DNA of 31,002 bases from a virus (lineage: Duplodnaviria; Caudoviricetes). Both the position numbers and the translations under genes were made by a program. The stretch covers positions 1 to 31,002 of IMG/VR virus record IMGVR_UViG_3300005611_000133; one strand, written 5' to 3'. Under the pieces are notes generated by a model that was not told where the DNA came from, did no database searches, and saw nothing but the letters and a program-made list of their open reading frames with translations. Numbering within the stretch: the first letter of the stretch is position 1; each line of letters starts with the position of its first letter. Below are positions 17,021 to 27,551 of this stretch, piece by piece.

Positions 17021-17530
17021 ATGGCATTAATAGTTGAAGACGGTTCTCAGGTAACAAATAGTAATAGCTATTCTACCCGCGCGGAGTACATTGCTTATGC
17101 TGCATCTATAGGCGTGACAATAGCGGATACAGTTGCCGCAGATGAGCAGTTAATTAAAGCCGCGGGCTATATAGACAACCATGAGCAGAACTTATCTGGC
17201 GTGCGGGTTGAGCGTGATCAAAGTATGGCATATCCGCGATCTGGTTTATATATCAGCGGCTGGTATTGGAGTACGTCTGAAATACCAGGAGACGTTAAAA
17301 AATGCCAGTTGTTGTACGCGCTTTCTATTAATGACGGTGAGGATTTATACAATCGCACATCGAGCACAAACGCGCCTGTTAAGCGTGAAAAAATAGAAGG
17401 CGCGGTTGAAGTTGAGTATTCGGTCAATGAAAAAACATTATCGAGCGCAACAAAAAATCTTGAAGCAGATTTTATTTTAAACAAATTGCTTAAAAGTGGC
17501 GGGATAGCAGTCCAGTTGGTTAGAGCATGA
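17021..17530 (+). CDS. Head-tail adaptor (DnaT-like family; likely start ATG 17021, MALIVEDG)
   Basis: MALIVEDGS..NSY, QSMAYPR, VKREKIEGAVEVEY. Confidence 0.85.
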   Translation: MALIVEDGSQVTNSNSYSTRAEYIAYAASIGVTIADTVAADEQLIKAAGYIDNHEQNLSGVRVERDQSMAYPRSGLYISGWYWSTSEIPGDVKKCQLLYALSINDGEDLYNRTSSTNAPVKREKIEGAVEVEYSVNEKTLSSATKNLEADFILNKLLKSGGIAVQLVRA

Positions 17531-17880
17531 GCGGGTTTTATGGACGTTTTGCGCTTATAGCCGTCCGGCTAATGGGCAAATATGGACAGACCGTTTTTAT
17601 TAAGCGAACCGACGGGATTAGTATTGACCCGGTAACGGGTGTTGAATCGGGAACTGAATCGGTGCTGACAACAACGGGCATTTTAAAGATATATCCTGAC
17701 AATTTAATTGACGGAACACGCATAACATCGGGAAATAGATTATTAGTATTGACAAGCGAGGTTGAGCCACTAATCACGGACAAAGTAAGTTTGCACAATG
17801 AAGACTGGAACATTGAAGAAATACAGACAGTTAGCCCTGCCGGCACTGACATTGTTTATATGGTTAGGGTAAGCAAATGA
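17527..17880 (+). CDS. Head closure / head-tail joining protein
   Basis: Size, position, IDGTRI..G motif. Confidence 0.7.
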   Translation: MSGFYGRFALIAVRLMGKYGQTVFIKRTDGISIDPVTGVESGTESVLTTTGILKIYPDNLIDGTRITSGNRLLVLTSEVEPLITDKVSLHNEDWNIEEIQTVSPAGTDIVYMVRVSK

Positions 17881-18245
17881 GTTTTAGCGTAAATATTCTT
17901 GAATTTGCGAAAGCAACGGGAAAAAATATTGATGAAGTATCACGAAATATTAAATTAAATTTGTTTAAGGGTGTTATCAAAGACACTCATGTTATATCAG
18001 GAAGACTTAAAGGAAATTGGCAAACATCAACAGGCAGCCCTAAAACTGGAACAATAGCGCGACTAGATAAAACAGGCTCACTTGCTATAGCCGAGGCTGA
18101 AAGAGTTGTGAAAGGTGATACAAAAGATTATATGGTAAATAATCTCCCATATGCACAAGTTAGAGAAGAAAACGACGGCATGGTAGCCACAAACATGGCC
18201 AGGATTGAAAGAAACATAAAAGAGGCGGTATCCAGTGTCAGTTAA
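17877..18245 (+). CDS. Neck protein (HK97 gp10-like)
   Basis: SGRLKGNWQ and NNLPYA motifs. Confidence 0.8.
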   Translation: MSFSVNILEFAKATGKNIDEVSRNIKLNLFKGVIKDTHVISGRLKGNWQTSTGSPKTGTIARLDKTGSLAIAEAERVVKGDTKDYMVNNLPYAQVREENDGMVATNMARIERNIKEAVSSVS

Positions 18246-18633
18246 AATTGACCAAGCTTTCATACAGGCTTTTATAAACGGTGGATTTGGCCTTGATATA
18301 GCACATGAAAATTTAAGCTATACCCCGACGGCAGGGACTGAGTATGCACAACTGATTAACCTGCCGAACGATGTTACACCGCTATCATTAAGCGGAAGTG
18401 ATGAAACGGACGGGGTATTCAGAATTATTTTGTATTGGCCAGCTAACCAAGGAGCAATACAAGCAAAATTAAAAGCGGATGAGATTATATCTGCTTTTAA
18501 GATTGGCACACAGGTTTGTTATTCTGACCAGTGCGCCACAGTAAAACGGACAGCCAAAGTCCAGGGGGTTCCCGAAGACGGTTGGTATAAATTAGTAATC
18601 AGCATTAGTTATCATTCAATATTGACGAGGTAA
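18235..18633 (+). CDS. Tail terminator/completion protein
   Basis: Position before the tail tube; IAHEN..YTP and GVFRI motifs. Confidence 0.7.
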   Translation: MSVKIDQAFIQAFINGGFGLDIAHENLSYTPTAGTEYAQLINLPNDVTPLSLSGSDETDGVFRIILYWPANQGAIQAKLKADEIISAFKIGTQVCYSDQCATVKRTAKVQGVPEDGWYKLVISISYHSILTR

Positions 18634-18639
18634 AAACAA

Positions 18640-19098
18640 ATGACAGCAAATAACGTAATTATGAGCGTTGGTACAGTTATCAGCGTATCCGCAGCACAAC
18701 CAGCAACAGAAAATCAGGCCGGTTATGAAGCATTATCATTCACTGTAATCGGTGAAGTTACCAATATTGGCGAAGCGGGCGGAACTGCACAAGTGCAATC
18801 ATTCACGCCAGTCGGGTCAGGTATCGTACATAAGCGAAAAGGCTCAATTGACTACGGCACACAATCGCTTACAATCGCTAAAGATGCGGCAGATGCAGGG
18901 CAAGTATTATTGCAAGCAGGCTTTGATGGCGCAGCAAAAGATACAATCCACTCTTTTAAAATCGCAGAGCCAAACAGCGGGGATGTTGCCTATTTCCAGG
19001 GGTTAATCTCTAGCTTTACTACTCAGCGTGGTGACGCGAATACAATTTTAAGCCATAATTGTAATGTTGATCGCACCAGTGCAACAGTAGTTGTTTAA
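18640..19098 (+). CDS. Major tail tube protein
   Basis: IGEVTNIGEAGG, KRKGSIDYG, DAGQVLL. Confidence 0.85.
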   Translation: MTANNVIMSVGTVISVSAAQPATENQAGYEALSFTVIGEVTNIGEAGGTAQVQSFTPVGSGIVHKRKGSIDYGTQSLTIAKDAADAGQVLLQAGFDGAAKDTIHSFKIAEPNSGDVAYFQGLISSFTTQRGDANTILSHNCNVDRTSATVVV

Positions 19099-19128
19099 TT
19101 AGTAACACATCAAAAAGGATAAATAAAA

Positions 19129-19536
19129 ATGGATTTAGCAGAATTAGAAATACCCGAAACAGTTCAAGTTCATCTTGAGTTCCCAAACCCTAAAATCGGC
19201 AAGCTTTATGATGACAAAGGAAATGCAATGACTATTGATTTATATAGTCCTGCATCAAATATTGTTGTAGCCTATAAACACAGATTGCAGCGTGAAATGT
19301 CCGTAAAAGTTGGCCGTAAAGGCCTAAAAGGCTTTGCTGATATAACGCCAGAGGAACGGGATAAACAGGAAGTTGAGCGCTTGCACGTTTTCACAGCGTC
19401 GGTTAATAATGTTGTGTTTAATGGTAAGAAAGTTACGACTGAAACGATTAAAGAAATTTACGCCGATCCTCGCTATGGCTGGATATGTGATCAGCTTAAA
19501 GAAAAATTGGGGAGCTGGGAAGATTTTTTATCATAA
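19129..19536 (+). CDS. Tail assembly chaperone (gpG-like)
   Basis: Between the tail tube and tape measure genes; ends with a slippery T TTT TTA. Confidence 0.75.
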   Translation: MDLAELEIPETVQVHLEFPNPKIGKLYDDKGNAMTIDLYSPASNIVVAYKHRLQREMSVKVGRKGLKGFADITPEERDKQEVERLHVFTASVNNVVFNGKKVTTETIKEIYADPRYGWICDQLKEKLGSWEDFLS

Positions 19537-19955
19537 TGGTTGACGCGGCAGCCGAGTTTTTAAGATATGAAGCTTGGCTGAGTGCGAAACCAGAAAAAAC
19601 AGAAACAACCAGGCGAGAGCAGTACAAAGATACTGTTTTTGTCGGGGCAGAGCCTAAACCTTACGCGCAATGGCTTTTAAATGTGATGTATGAGGTGGGT
19701 TTATATAGTCCTGCTGCTAATGGGATGGCTCCTATAACATGGGGCGAGATCAAGCACTGGCAGGAAATAACCGGCCACTGGCCATGGCTAGCTAAAGTAG
19801 TAAAAAGGCTATCAAGTGAGTATGTTAATGAGTATTATGCGGCCAGTGATGTTAATCGGCCTTCACCATTGCAAGCGCATATTGACTTAAATGAACAAAG
19901 AAAAGTAGTTTCACAGCAATTTCAAAATATTTTTGGAAAGAAGAAAAATGACTGA
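19536..19955 (+). CDS. Tail assembly chaperone, second ORF (gpT-like)
   Basis: In the -1 frame relative to the upstream chaperone; PITWGEIKHW motif. Confidence 0.75.
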   Translation: MVDAAAEFLRYEAWLSAKPEKTETTRREQYKDTVFVGAEPKPYAQWLLNVMYEVGLYSPAANGMAPITWGEIKHWQEITGHWPWLAKVVKRLSSEYVNEYYAASDVNRPSPLQAHIDLNEQRKVVSQQFQNIFGKKKND

Positions 19956-22900
19956 CAAAGCACGATTAGTTATCGAAGCAGACGCGACACAAGTTAAAAA
20001 AGCACGCGGCGAGTTGAACCAGTTCGCACAAGAATCCGGCAAAACTGAACGCGCAGCAAAAAGTCTTTCGGACGGCTTTGCGTCAATGTCAGGGGTTTTA
20101 AAAACACTCGTGCCGCTTGCAGGTGCGCTAAGCTTTGCAAGCATAACGGGCGAAATGGTGCGGGTTGCTCGCGAAACTGAAAACTTCAAAGCGCAATTAA
20201 AAACTATGACGGGCAGCATGGATGCGGCGGGTGCTGCGTTTGACCGATTAAACGAGTTTGCTAAAACCACTCCTTACACTTTACAGCAATCGATCGAGGG
20301 CTTTGTTAAATTAAAAGCATTAGGACTTGACCCTTCCGAACGTGCTATGCGTGCTTATGGTAATACCGCGTCTGCTATGGGTAAATCCATGATTGATATG
20401 ATTGAAGCTGTGGCCGACGCATCGACCGGTGAAAATGAAAGATTAAAGTCTTTTGGTATTACTGCATCAAAAGCTGGCGAAATGGTGACATATACTTTTC
20501 GCGGCGTAGATACTACTATGAAGGCCACATCAGCGAATATTCAGCGATACTTAATGAATATCGGCGAAACTGATTTTGCCACAGCTATGGCGGATAGGAT
20601 GGATACTATTGATGGGCAACTGTCAAATCTTGAGCAGTCATTTAATGATTTACTCGGATCGATGAATGAGCTTTTTGGCGTTGGTGAAATTGTCAAATCA
20701 ACATTAGAAGGAATTTCAAGTGCCGTAAATGATTTAACAATAGCTTTAAAATACTATCATAGCGAGCGAACTAAGGGGGATAAGCTGTGGGCTGAACATG
20801 TGAAGGAAATGAATAGCGAACTAGGTCAAGCAAAGCTGAAACTTGAGGCCATGTTATCTGGATATGAATCAATTTTAGAAGCGTTTAAAACCGATGCGTC
20901 AGAAGGTGGTAGGTTTATCACTGAAAGAGAGCAGGAAGTTTTAGACAATATGAACAAAGGCATACAAGAGCAATCCGAACTATTAGAAAAGCTTAAAGTT
21001 AAAACCAAAGCAGCCAGCACGGAAACCAAAAAACTGGGTGAAAGCACTGGTGTAAAAGGGGCAGCCGGTGGCGTTAAAGAATTGACTGATTTTCAAAGGC
21101 AGTTGATCGAAGTCATGGCGGAATCAAATGAAATGTTATGGGACGAAGAACAGCGAGTCAAAAGCCTTTACAGAACATTAGAAACCCCGCCAAACGAATT
21201 TCCAAATTGGCTGACGGGAATCGCTGACGATATAAACGAATTGAGGAAAGAAACCAACACACAAACAACACAATCAATAGAATCAGACTGGGATAAACTG
21301 AACGATAACATCCAAGCCGAATTTATTAACTCTTTTACGGATATGCTACTTGGTGCTGAGGACAGCTTTAAAGATTTCGCTAAAAACATCCTCAAAATGT
21401 GGGTTAATACATCAATGAACATGGCTTTTAATCCTCAGATGTCCGCCAGTGGTGGTAGTGGTGGCGGGGCTAGTATGGGTGGCATAGGCATTGATTCCTT
21501 ATTAAATCCAATGTCATTAATGAGTGGCTCAAGTATATTAGGGCATGGTTTTACAGCGCCGATGTTTGCTAAATTAAACGGCATGACGGGTTCAGCGTCG
21601 TTTGTCGGCGGAAGCCCGATGACCTCGGGACTGGCAGGGCTTGGGTATGGGATAGGTGGCTCATTTATCGGCGGGGCTATATCAGATAATAAATACGGGT
21701 CTACGGCTGGCGGTATAGGTGGGGCGATAGGTGGTACATTAGCTGCTGGATCAACGTCTGCATTATTTACAAGTATGGGCATGGCAGCAGGCCCAATAGG
21801 GATGGTAATTGGCGCTGTTTTAGGAGGCGCTTTAGATAAAGTTTTTGGAGATAAAGAAGCAGAAACAAATATAGGTGCGGCATCTCACATGGGCGACCGC
21901 ACGCACTGGGCGAAAGCGTTCGCAGAATCGCAATTAGGGAATATAAACATTGGCATCCAGCACACGGGCAAAGAAGGCCAGATGAGCGATGAAGATGCAG
22001 CAGCTTTTATGCAGCAAATGCAGCTTAGGGCAGATGCAGTGGCAGCTATCGACATGGCTATCATAACAGCTACTGACATGAGTGACAGCGTGATAGCTGA
22101 AATCTCAGCAATGGAAACGCATCTACAAACAGGTGAAGCTGATTTAACTGAGTTCTTTAAACAACGGTACGGAAAGATTGCGGATGTTGTTGGCGGCCAG
22201 TTTAATCAAGTTTATGACTTCTTTATCGAAGCGGGTGAAACAGCAGAGCAAGCCGCGATCGCTGGCGTTGCATACATATCTGCAAGCAAAGAAATAAAAG
22301 AAATTTACGATTTGCTTGCTAAGTCCGGCGAGCATACATCGACAGAAATGATGGGTATGGTCAAAGATTTTACTATTGTGCAATCTGCTTTCACATCGAT
22401 TGGCTCGCAAATGGTTGATTTATCAACAAGTGGCTTTACTCTTGCTCAGTCGTTAATTGAAGCGGCTGGTGGCGTTGAAAATCTGGTGGGTATGCTGGAC
22501 TTCTTCTATTCAAACTTTATGACGACTGAGCAACAGACAGCCATCAGAAAACAAAACGCATTAAGCGTGTTTCAAGGTTTACAAGATAAGTACGCAGCGC
22601 AAGGTTTTAACATTCCGAACTTTACTAGTCGAGGTGAGGCGGGGACTTTCATATCAGAAATGTATGGGATGTATGGCTCAGACTCAGAAATTGTTGCAGA
22701 TTTAGAAAAGTTAATGATTGCAGTCAATAATTACTTCCCAGCCATTAACGACACAACAAACGCCGTTAAGTCAGCTACTCCAGCAATACAAGACCTCGGC
22801 GGTGCGGTTGATGAGATAACGCCACAGATAAACGCGTTAATCTCGGCATTTGAACAAGCGATGGGCGGGATAAAATCACTCAGACAAGCAATCAGAAATG

Positions 22901-24183
22901 ATATGTATGGGTTTGGCGCTGATAAAAATTACAACCTAATATTATCTGATTTGCGAAGCGGATTAACCGGCGGGGCAGGCGATATAGCGATATTTGATGC
23001 GATACGCCAGACCACAGTTGATATGTACAATGACCAAATCAACTTAGCAACAGAACTACACAACAAAGATTTAGGCAATCGTCAAGAAATATATGATAAA
23101 GCTTTAGCGCAACACGAAGAAGAAAAAGCGCACGCTGAAAACTTAAATGCAGCGTATAAATCAATTAGTGAGTATGCCAAAGCATTGGGCTTGTCTAGTC
23201 TATCCCCATATAACAGTTTCGATCGTCTGCGTGCTGCTCAAGGCATGTACGGCTCGACACTACTTAAAGCACAATCAGGTGATCTAGATGCGCTAGGTAG
23301 TGTCACAGGTGCGGCAGATGATTACTTGACAGCTAAACTAGGTACAGCTAAAAACAGTTTTGAGTATCGCAAGATATTTAATCAAGTGCGCTCAACAATG
23401 GGGCTGCTTGGCGGTACCGTTGCGAATTATTCACCGTTTGAAATGGAACTAATCGATCTACAACAAGAACAAGCAAAACTTGATAAAACGATAGCAGACA
23501 TACAAAGCGAGGCAGTTAAAGCCTTAAAAACTTTAGATGGTGAAGTTGTTAATTTACAAGATAAACTGACGCAAGAATTTGAGCAGCAAACAACTGACTT
23601 AATCACTCAAATGTCTGGTGATACTACCGCAATAGTTAATGCAATAAGCGCACTTTTATCAAGTATCAACACAGCTCCGGCAGGTAGTACGCCAGTGACA
23701 GCGGTAAATCCGTACACGGGCGAAGTAGTGACAACACCCGCTGGCACGGGTGGGCCGTCTTTTGTTAAGCCGACTTATACGACGCTTGACGCGCAGCAAT
23801 CAACAGTTGCAGAAATGTATAGCAAATTCGGAGTAACTCCAGATGCGGCGGGCATGGACTACTGGGTTAATGAATCAGGATTGTCTGGGGATGCTTTAAG
23901 AAATGCAATGATTGACAGCGCACAAGCTATTGATCCGGTTAAATATGGTAATATAGCCAAGTACGACACAGGTGGGGTTATTCCGCGTGATGGGTTTATC
24001 ATGGCGCATGAAAAAGAACGCGTATTAACAGCAAGCGATAATAAAAACCTACATGAAGAAATACGCGCACTACGAGAAGAAAACAGAGCTTTGCAAACAT
24101 CGATTATCAAAACAAATCAGAAAATGAAACGGGTGTTTGATAAGTGGGATAATCAAGGCATACCAGCCACGAGGGTTGCATAA
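19948..24183 (+). CDS. Tape measure protein (likely start ATG 19948)
   Basis: About 1410 aa, Ala/Gly-rich and helical; FAKTTPY, GENERLKSFGI; C-terminal GGVIP...AHEKERVL. Confidence 0.93.
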   Translation: MTDKARLVIEADATQVKKARGELNQFAQESGKTERAAKSLSDGFASMSGVLKTLVPLAGALSFASITGEMVRVARETENFKAQLKTMTGSMDAAGAAFDRLNEFAKTTPYTLQQSIEGFVKLKALGLDPSERAMRAYGNTASAMGKSMIDMIEAVADASTGENERLKSFGITASKAGEMVTYTFRGVDTTMKATSANIQRYLMNIGETDFATAMADRMDTIDGQLSNLEQSFNDLLGSMNELFGVGEIVKSTLEGISSAVNDLTIALKYYHSERTKGDKLWAEHVKEMNSELGQAKLKLEAMLSGYESILEAFKTDASEGGRFITEREQEVLDNMNKGIQEQSELLEKLKVKTKAASTETKKLGESTGVKGAAGGVKELTDFQRQLIEVMAESNEMLWDEEQRVKSLYRTLETPPNEFPNWLTGIADDINELRKETNTQTTQSIESDWDKLNDNIQAEFINSFTDMLLGAEDSFKDFAKNILKMWVNTSMNMAFNPQMSASGGSGGGASMGGIGIDSLLNPMSLMSGSSILGHGFTAPMFAKLNGMTGSASFVGGSPMTSGLAGLGYGIGGSFIGGAISDNKYGSTAGGIGGAIGGTLAAGSTSALFTSMGMAAGPIGMVIGAVLGGALDKVFGDKEAETNIGAASHMGDRTHWAKAFAESQLGNINIGIQHTGKEGQMSDEDAAAFMQQMQLRADAVAAIDMAIITATDMSDSVIAEISAMETHLQTGEADLTEFFKQRYGKIADVVGGQFNQVYDFFIEAGETAEQAAIAGVAYISASKEIKEIYDLLAKSGEHTSTEMMGMVKDFTIVQSAFTSIGSQMVDLSTSGFTLAQSLIEAAGGVENLVGMLDFFYSNFMTTEQQTAIRKQNALSVFQGLQDKYAAQGFNIPNFTSRGEAGTFISEMYGMYGSDSEIVADLEKLMIAVNNYFPAINDTTNAVKSATPAIQDLGGAVDEITPQINALISAFEQAMGGIKSLRQAIRNDMYGFGADKNYNLILSDLRSGLTGGAGDIAIFDAIRQTTVDMYNDQINLATELHNKDLGNRQEIYDKALAQHEEEKAHAENLNAAYKSISEYAKALGLSSLSPYNSFDRLRAAQGMYGSTLLKAQSGDLDALGSVTGAADDYLTAKLGTAKNSFEYRKIFNQVRSTMGLLGGTVANYSPFEMELIDLQQEQAKLDKTIADIQSEAVKALKTLDGEVVNLQDKLTQEFEQQTTDLITQMSGDTTAIVNAISALLSSINTAPAGSTPVTAVNPYTGEVVTTPAGTGGPSFVKPTYTTLDAQQSTVAEMYSKFGVTPDAAGMDYWVNESGLSGDALRNAMIDSAQAIDPVKYGNIAKYDTGGVIPRDGFIMAHEKERVLTASDNKNLHEEIRALREENRALQTSIIKTNQKMKRVFDKWDNQGIPATRVA

Positions 24184-25112
24184 TGGCGATAATTGTTAAT
24201 CCGCACAGCATTATTTTAGCATCGAGTAACGTTACGGCTTCCGCATTGTCTGAGTATAATTCTGGCACAGCTTACACAGCAGGTCAGCAAGTTAAAGTTA
24301 GTTTTGAATCAGATGGTACAACACCACGCACGCCAGTTTATGAATATGAAGCAGTCGGGGGTACTACAGGGAATTATCCACCCAATGATGACGGCACAAA
24401 CTGGACGCTAATTGGGGCTTCAAACAAATGGAAAATGTTTGATAGCTATGTGAGCAGTCAGACAGAAAATGCAGACACAATTGAGATTGAACTAACTGTC
24501 ACTAAAGCAGATAAATTATATTTGCTTAACGTGCAAGCTGACGAGATACGAGTAGTTTGCAAAGAATCAGATTTAACGCCGATCTCAGATGAAACTATAG
24601 CTATGTCTGATACGAGTTCAGGCAGCTGGAGTGAATACTTTTTCGGGGATTTTGAGTTTAAAACTGTACTGGCGTATGATTTACCTGGGTACTATACTAA
24701 TATGTCAGTTACTATCACGATTGATAAAACTGGCGGCACGGCTAAATGCGGTCATTGTGTCATAGGCAAGAAAATTGAGATCGGAACTACCGAGTACGGC
24801 ATAAGCGTGGGTATTCAAGACTACTCAGTTAAAGAAACTAATGATTTCGGGGAAACGACTTTTTTGGAACGAGCGTTTGCGAAAGTGATAGACGCGGATT
24901 TGTTTATACAGCACGATACCACAGGCAGCGAGTATGATAGAATACAACGAGTGTTATCGTCTATCCGCGCCACACCGTGCGTGTATGATTTTAACAACAA
25001 CGGGAGCAGCACAGGCTCTTTTGTTGCGTTCGGCTTTTTTAAAGATTTTGATTTAGTTGCACGTTATGCGACAATAACACATTGCAGTCTTAGCATCGAG
25101 GGACTAATTTAA
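24183..25112 (+). CDS. Tail tip / distal tail structural protein
   Basis: Follows the tape measure gene; NKWKMFD, GIQDYSVKETNDFG. Confidence 0.7.
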   Translation: MAIIVNPHSIILASSNVTASALSEYNSGTAYTAGQQVKVSFESDGTTPRTPVYEYEAVGGTTGNYPPNDDGTNWTLIGASNKWKMFDSYVSSQTENADTIEIELTVTKADKLYLLNVQADEIRVVCKESDLTPISDETIAMSDTSSGSWSEYFFGDFEFKTVLAYDLPGYYTNMSVTITIDKTGGTAKCGHCVIGKKIEIGTTEYGISVGIQDYSVKETNDFGETTFLERAFAKVIDADLFIQHDTTGSEYDRIQRVLSSIRATPCVYDFNNNGSSTGSFVAFGFFKDFDLVARYATITHCSLSIEGLI

Positions 25113-26956
25113 TGACAATATCACAAGTAATCACAGATTTACCAACACCACCGAGCAGGGCGGACAGTTCAACTTTTGACACAAGGGCAGATGCTTTTCT
25201 AGGGGCTTTAGATGATTTAGCAAGCCAGATAAATACTTGGGCGGGTGAAGCAAATAGCACGGCTGGCACGGTTAATACGGATGCAAACGCAGCGGCAATA
25301 TCAGAAACTAATGCCGCAACCAGTGCATCAAATGCAGCCACCAGTGAAACCAATGCTGCAGCAAGTGCAGCCTCAGCTGCCACAAGCGAAACTAACGCTG
25401 CCGCCAGTTATGACGCTTTTGATGACAGGTATTTAGGTAGTAAAGCCAGCGATCCTACTTTAGATAATGACGGAGATGCACTTCTAACAGGGGCTATTTA
25501 TTGGAATACCGCTGTTAGTTCATTAAAGATTTATGACGGTGCAGCGTGGCAGTTGGCAGCATTTGATACTTCGGGGGCATTGATAGCCACTAATAACCTG
25601 TCTGACTTAAACGATGCAGCAACAGCACGGATTAACTTAGGTATTACAGTAGTAACTATTAGTGGCTCATCATCAATCTATGTAACAACAGATAACGATT
25701 ATACAATCACTAATTACGATTCATTTTCAACTTATTCACAATCTGTATCAAGCGGCTCAGTGTCAAGAACAGGTGACACAATAACTGTAACAGCACCAGT
25801 CAGTGCCGGAGATATAACGCTGACAGTTACTAAGGATGATGTTAGTACAGACTTTACTATCACAGTACTAGCCGCAGGGATAGCAACACCAACAAACACA
25901 AGCCCTACTAATGGGGCTAGTGATCAAGGTGAATCAACCGAACTAACATCCAGTGCGTTCAGTTGGTTAGGTGTGAGTGATACTCATGCTTCCTCTGATT
26001 GGCAGATAGCTACAGATAGTGGTTTTAGTAATATTATTGATAGCACTACAACAGATGCAGTTAATTTAACCACTTGGACACCAACGGGATTAGTCGTATC
26101 ACAAACGTATTACTGGCGGGTAAGGCATACAGGAGCAAGTAATGGGGCAAGTGAGTGGAGTAGTGCAACTACGTTTACCACTAAGGCATCTTTCGATCCA
26201 ATACCTGGAACGCCGAGTGTCTTTGAAAGTGCTTATTCAGACTACACATCAGTAACCACTTTAGACTCTACTAAAGCAATAGTGACTTATAGGGATGATG
26301 GTAACTCAGGCTACGGTACAGCCTGTGTTTTAAGCATATCTGGTACAACTATAACTGCTGGTACTCCTGTAGTCTTTGAAAGTGTTAATTCACAGTACAT
26401 ATCAGTAACCACTTTAGACTCTACTAAAGCAATAGTAACTTATAGGGATGATGGTAACTCATACTACGGTACAGCCTGTGTATTAAGTATATCTGGCACT
26501 ACTATTACAGCAGGGACACCAGTGGTATTTGAAAGCGCTGAAACAGCTTACATATCAGTAACCACATTAGATTCTACTAAAGCAATAGTGACTTATCAGG
26601 ATTTTGGTAACTTAGGCTACGGTACTGCCTGTGTATTAAGCATATCTGGTACTACTATAACTGCTGGTACTCCTGTAGTCTTTGAAAGCGCTACTTCAAC
26701 CTACATATCAGTAACCACTTTAGACAGTACTAAAGCAATAGTAACTTATAGGGATGTTGGTAACTCAGACTACGGTACAGCATGTGTTTTAAGTATATCG
26801 GGCACTACTATAACTGCTGGTACTCCTGTAGTCTTTGAAAGTGCTACTTTAACCTACATATCAGTAACCACTTTAGACTCTACTAAAGCAATAGTAACTT
26901 ATAGGGATGGTGGTAACTCAGGCTACGGTACAGCAAATACAATTTCAGGATTATAA
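25112..26956 (+). CDS. Tail fibre / receptor-binding protein with Ala-Ser linker, FN3-like domain and five 51-aa repeats
   Basis: SETNAA repeats, NNLSDL..AATARINLG, TYYWRVRH..SEWS, tandem C-terminal repeats. Confidence 0.8.
   Translation: MTISQVITDLPTPPSRADSSTFDTRADAFLGALDDLASQINTWAGEANSTAGTVNTDANAAAISETNAATSASNAATSETNAAASAASAATSETNAAASYDAFDDRYLGSKASDPTLDNDGDALLTGAIYWNTAVSSLKIYDGAAWQLAAFDTSGALIATNNLSDLNDAATARINLGITVVTISGSSSIYVTTDNDYTITNYDSFSTYSQSVSSGSVSRTGDTITVTAPVSAGDITLTVTKDDVSTDFTITVLAAGIATPTNTSPTNGASDQGESTELTSSAFSWLGVSDTHASSDWQIATDSGFSNIIDSTTTDAVNLTTWTPTGLVVSQTYYWRVRHTGASNGASEWSSATTFTTKASFDPIPGTPSVFESAYSDYTSVTTLDSTKAIVTYRDDGNSGYGTACVLSISGTTITAGTPVVFESVNSQYISVTTLDSTKAIVTYRDDGNSYYGTACVLSISGTTITAGTPVVFESAETAYISVTTLDSTKAIVTYQDFGNLGYGTACVLSISGTTITAGTPVVFESATSTYISVTTLDSTKAIVTYRDVGNSDYGTACVLSISGTTITAGTPVVFESATLTYISVTTLDSTKAIVTYRDGGNSGYGTANTISGL
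26207..26935 (+). repeat. Five tandem 153-bp coding repeats (last one truncated)
   Basis: GTxTTTGAAAG anchors at 26219, 26372, 26525, 26678, 26831. Confidence 0.97.
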
Positions 26957-26958
26957 CT

Positions 26959-27546
26959 ATGTATATAGCAATAGATAAGCAAACAAAGAAAGCATATTAT
27001 AAAGGTGATCTTGAGATGCGTGAGTATCTACACGGTCACGACTTTATTGACACCCGTATGACACCTGATAATTGTGAGTTAATCCCGTTGACAGGTGATA
27101 ACAATCCTCAATATTGGGTAGGTGGGGGCAAGTTAGTTTACAACGACAGTACCTTTGATTTAACACCTGAAGGTGAATCAGAAGTATTGTTTAACTTAAA
27201 GAAATCTAAACGACAGCAAATCAAAGACAAGCGTAATGAAATGCTTAATGGCACAGTTACAGTTAATTTATCAGGCACTGAATATACACTTGATTGTGAT
27301 TTAGTTAGCAGATCATCTATACACCAAGCAATCGACAATGGTACTAATGCAGGACTACCCGAAACCGACACAGTCAGTTGGAAATTAGCAGATAATACAT
27401 ACCATGATTTTACTTATGCAGAACTTAAAATGATAGCTATCCAGATGGCAATGTTTATTCAAGCACAGTATAACATTGAGCGTGATAAGTCTATTGAAAT
27501 AGATAATGCAACAATCAACACAATAGGCAATATAAACTGGGAGTAA
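26959..27546 (+). CDS. Tail-fibre-associated protein (DUF4376-like C-terminus)
   Basis: IKDKRNE, WKLADNT..FTYAEL; follows the fibre gene. Confidence 0.7.
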   Translation: MYIAIDKQTKKAYYKGDLEMREYLHGHDFIDTRMTPDNCELIPLTGDNNPQYWVGGGKLVYNDSTFDLTPEGESEVLFNLKKSKRQQIKDKRNEMLNGTVTVNLSGTEYTLDCDLVSRSSIHQAIDNGTNAGLPETDTVSWKLADNTYHDFTYAELKMIAIQMAMFIQAQYNIERDKSIEIDNATINTIGNINWE

Positions 27547-27551
27547 ATAAG

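Noticed and set aside
16899-17021. 40-aa GTG-start ORF before the head-tail adaptor
   Set aside because: It fills the gap with a TAATG overlap, but it is short, has a weak RBS and has no motif support
21225-21255. Partial gapped match of tract 1325-1276 to tape measure codons (D-I-N-E-L-R)
   Set aside because: Several mismatches and common dinucleotides; consistent with chance
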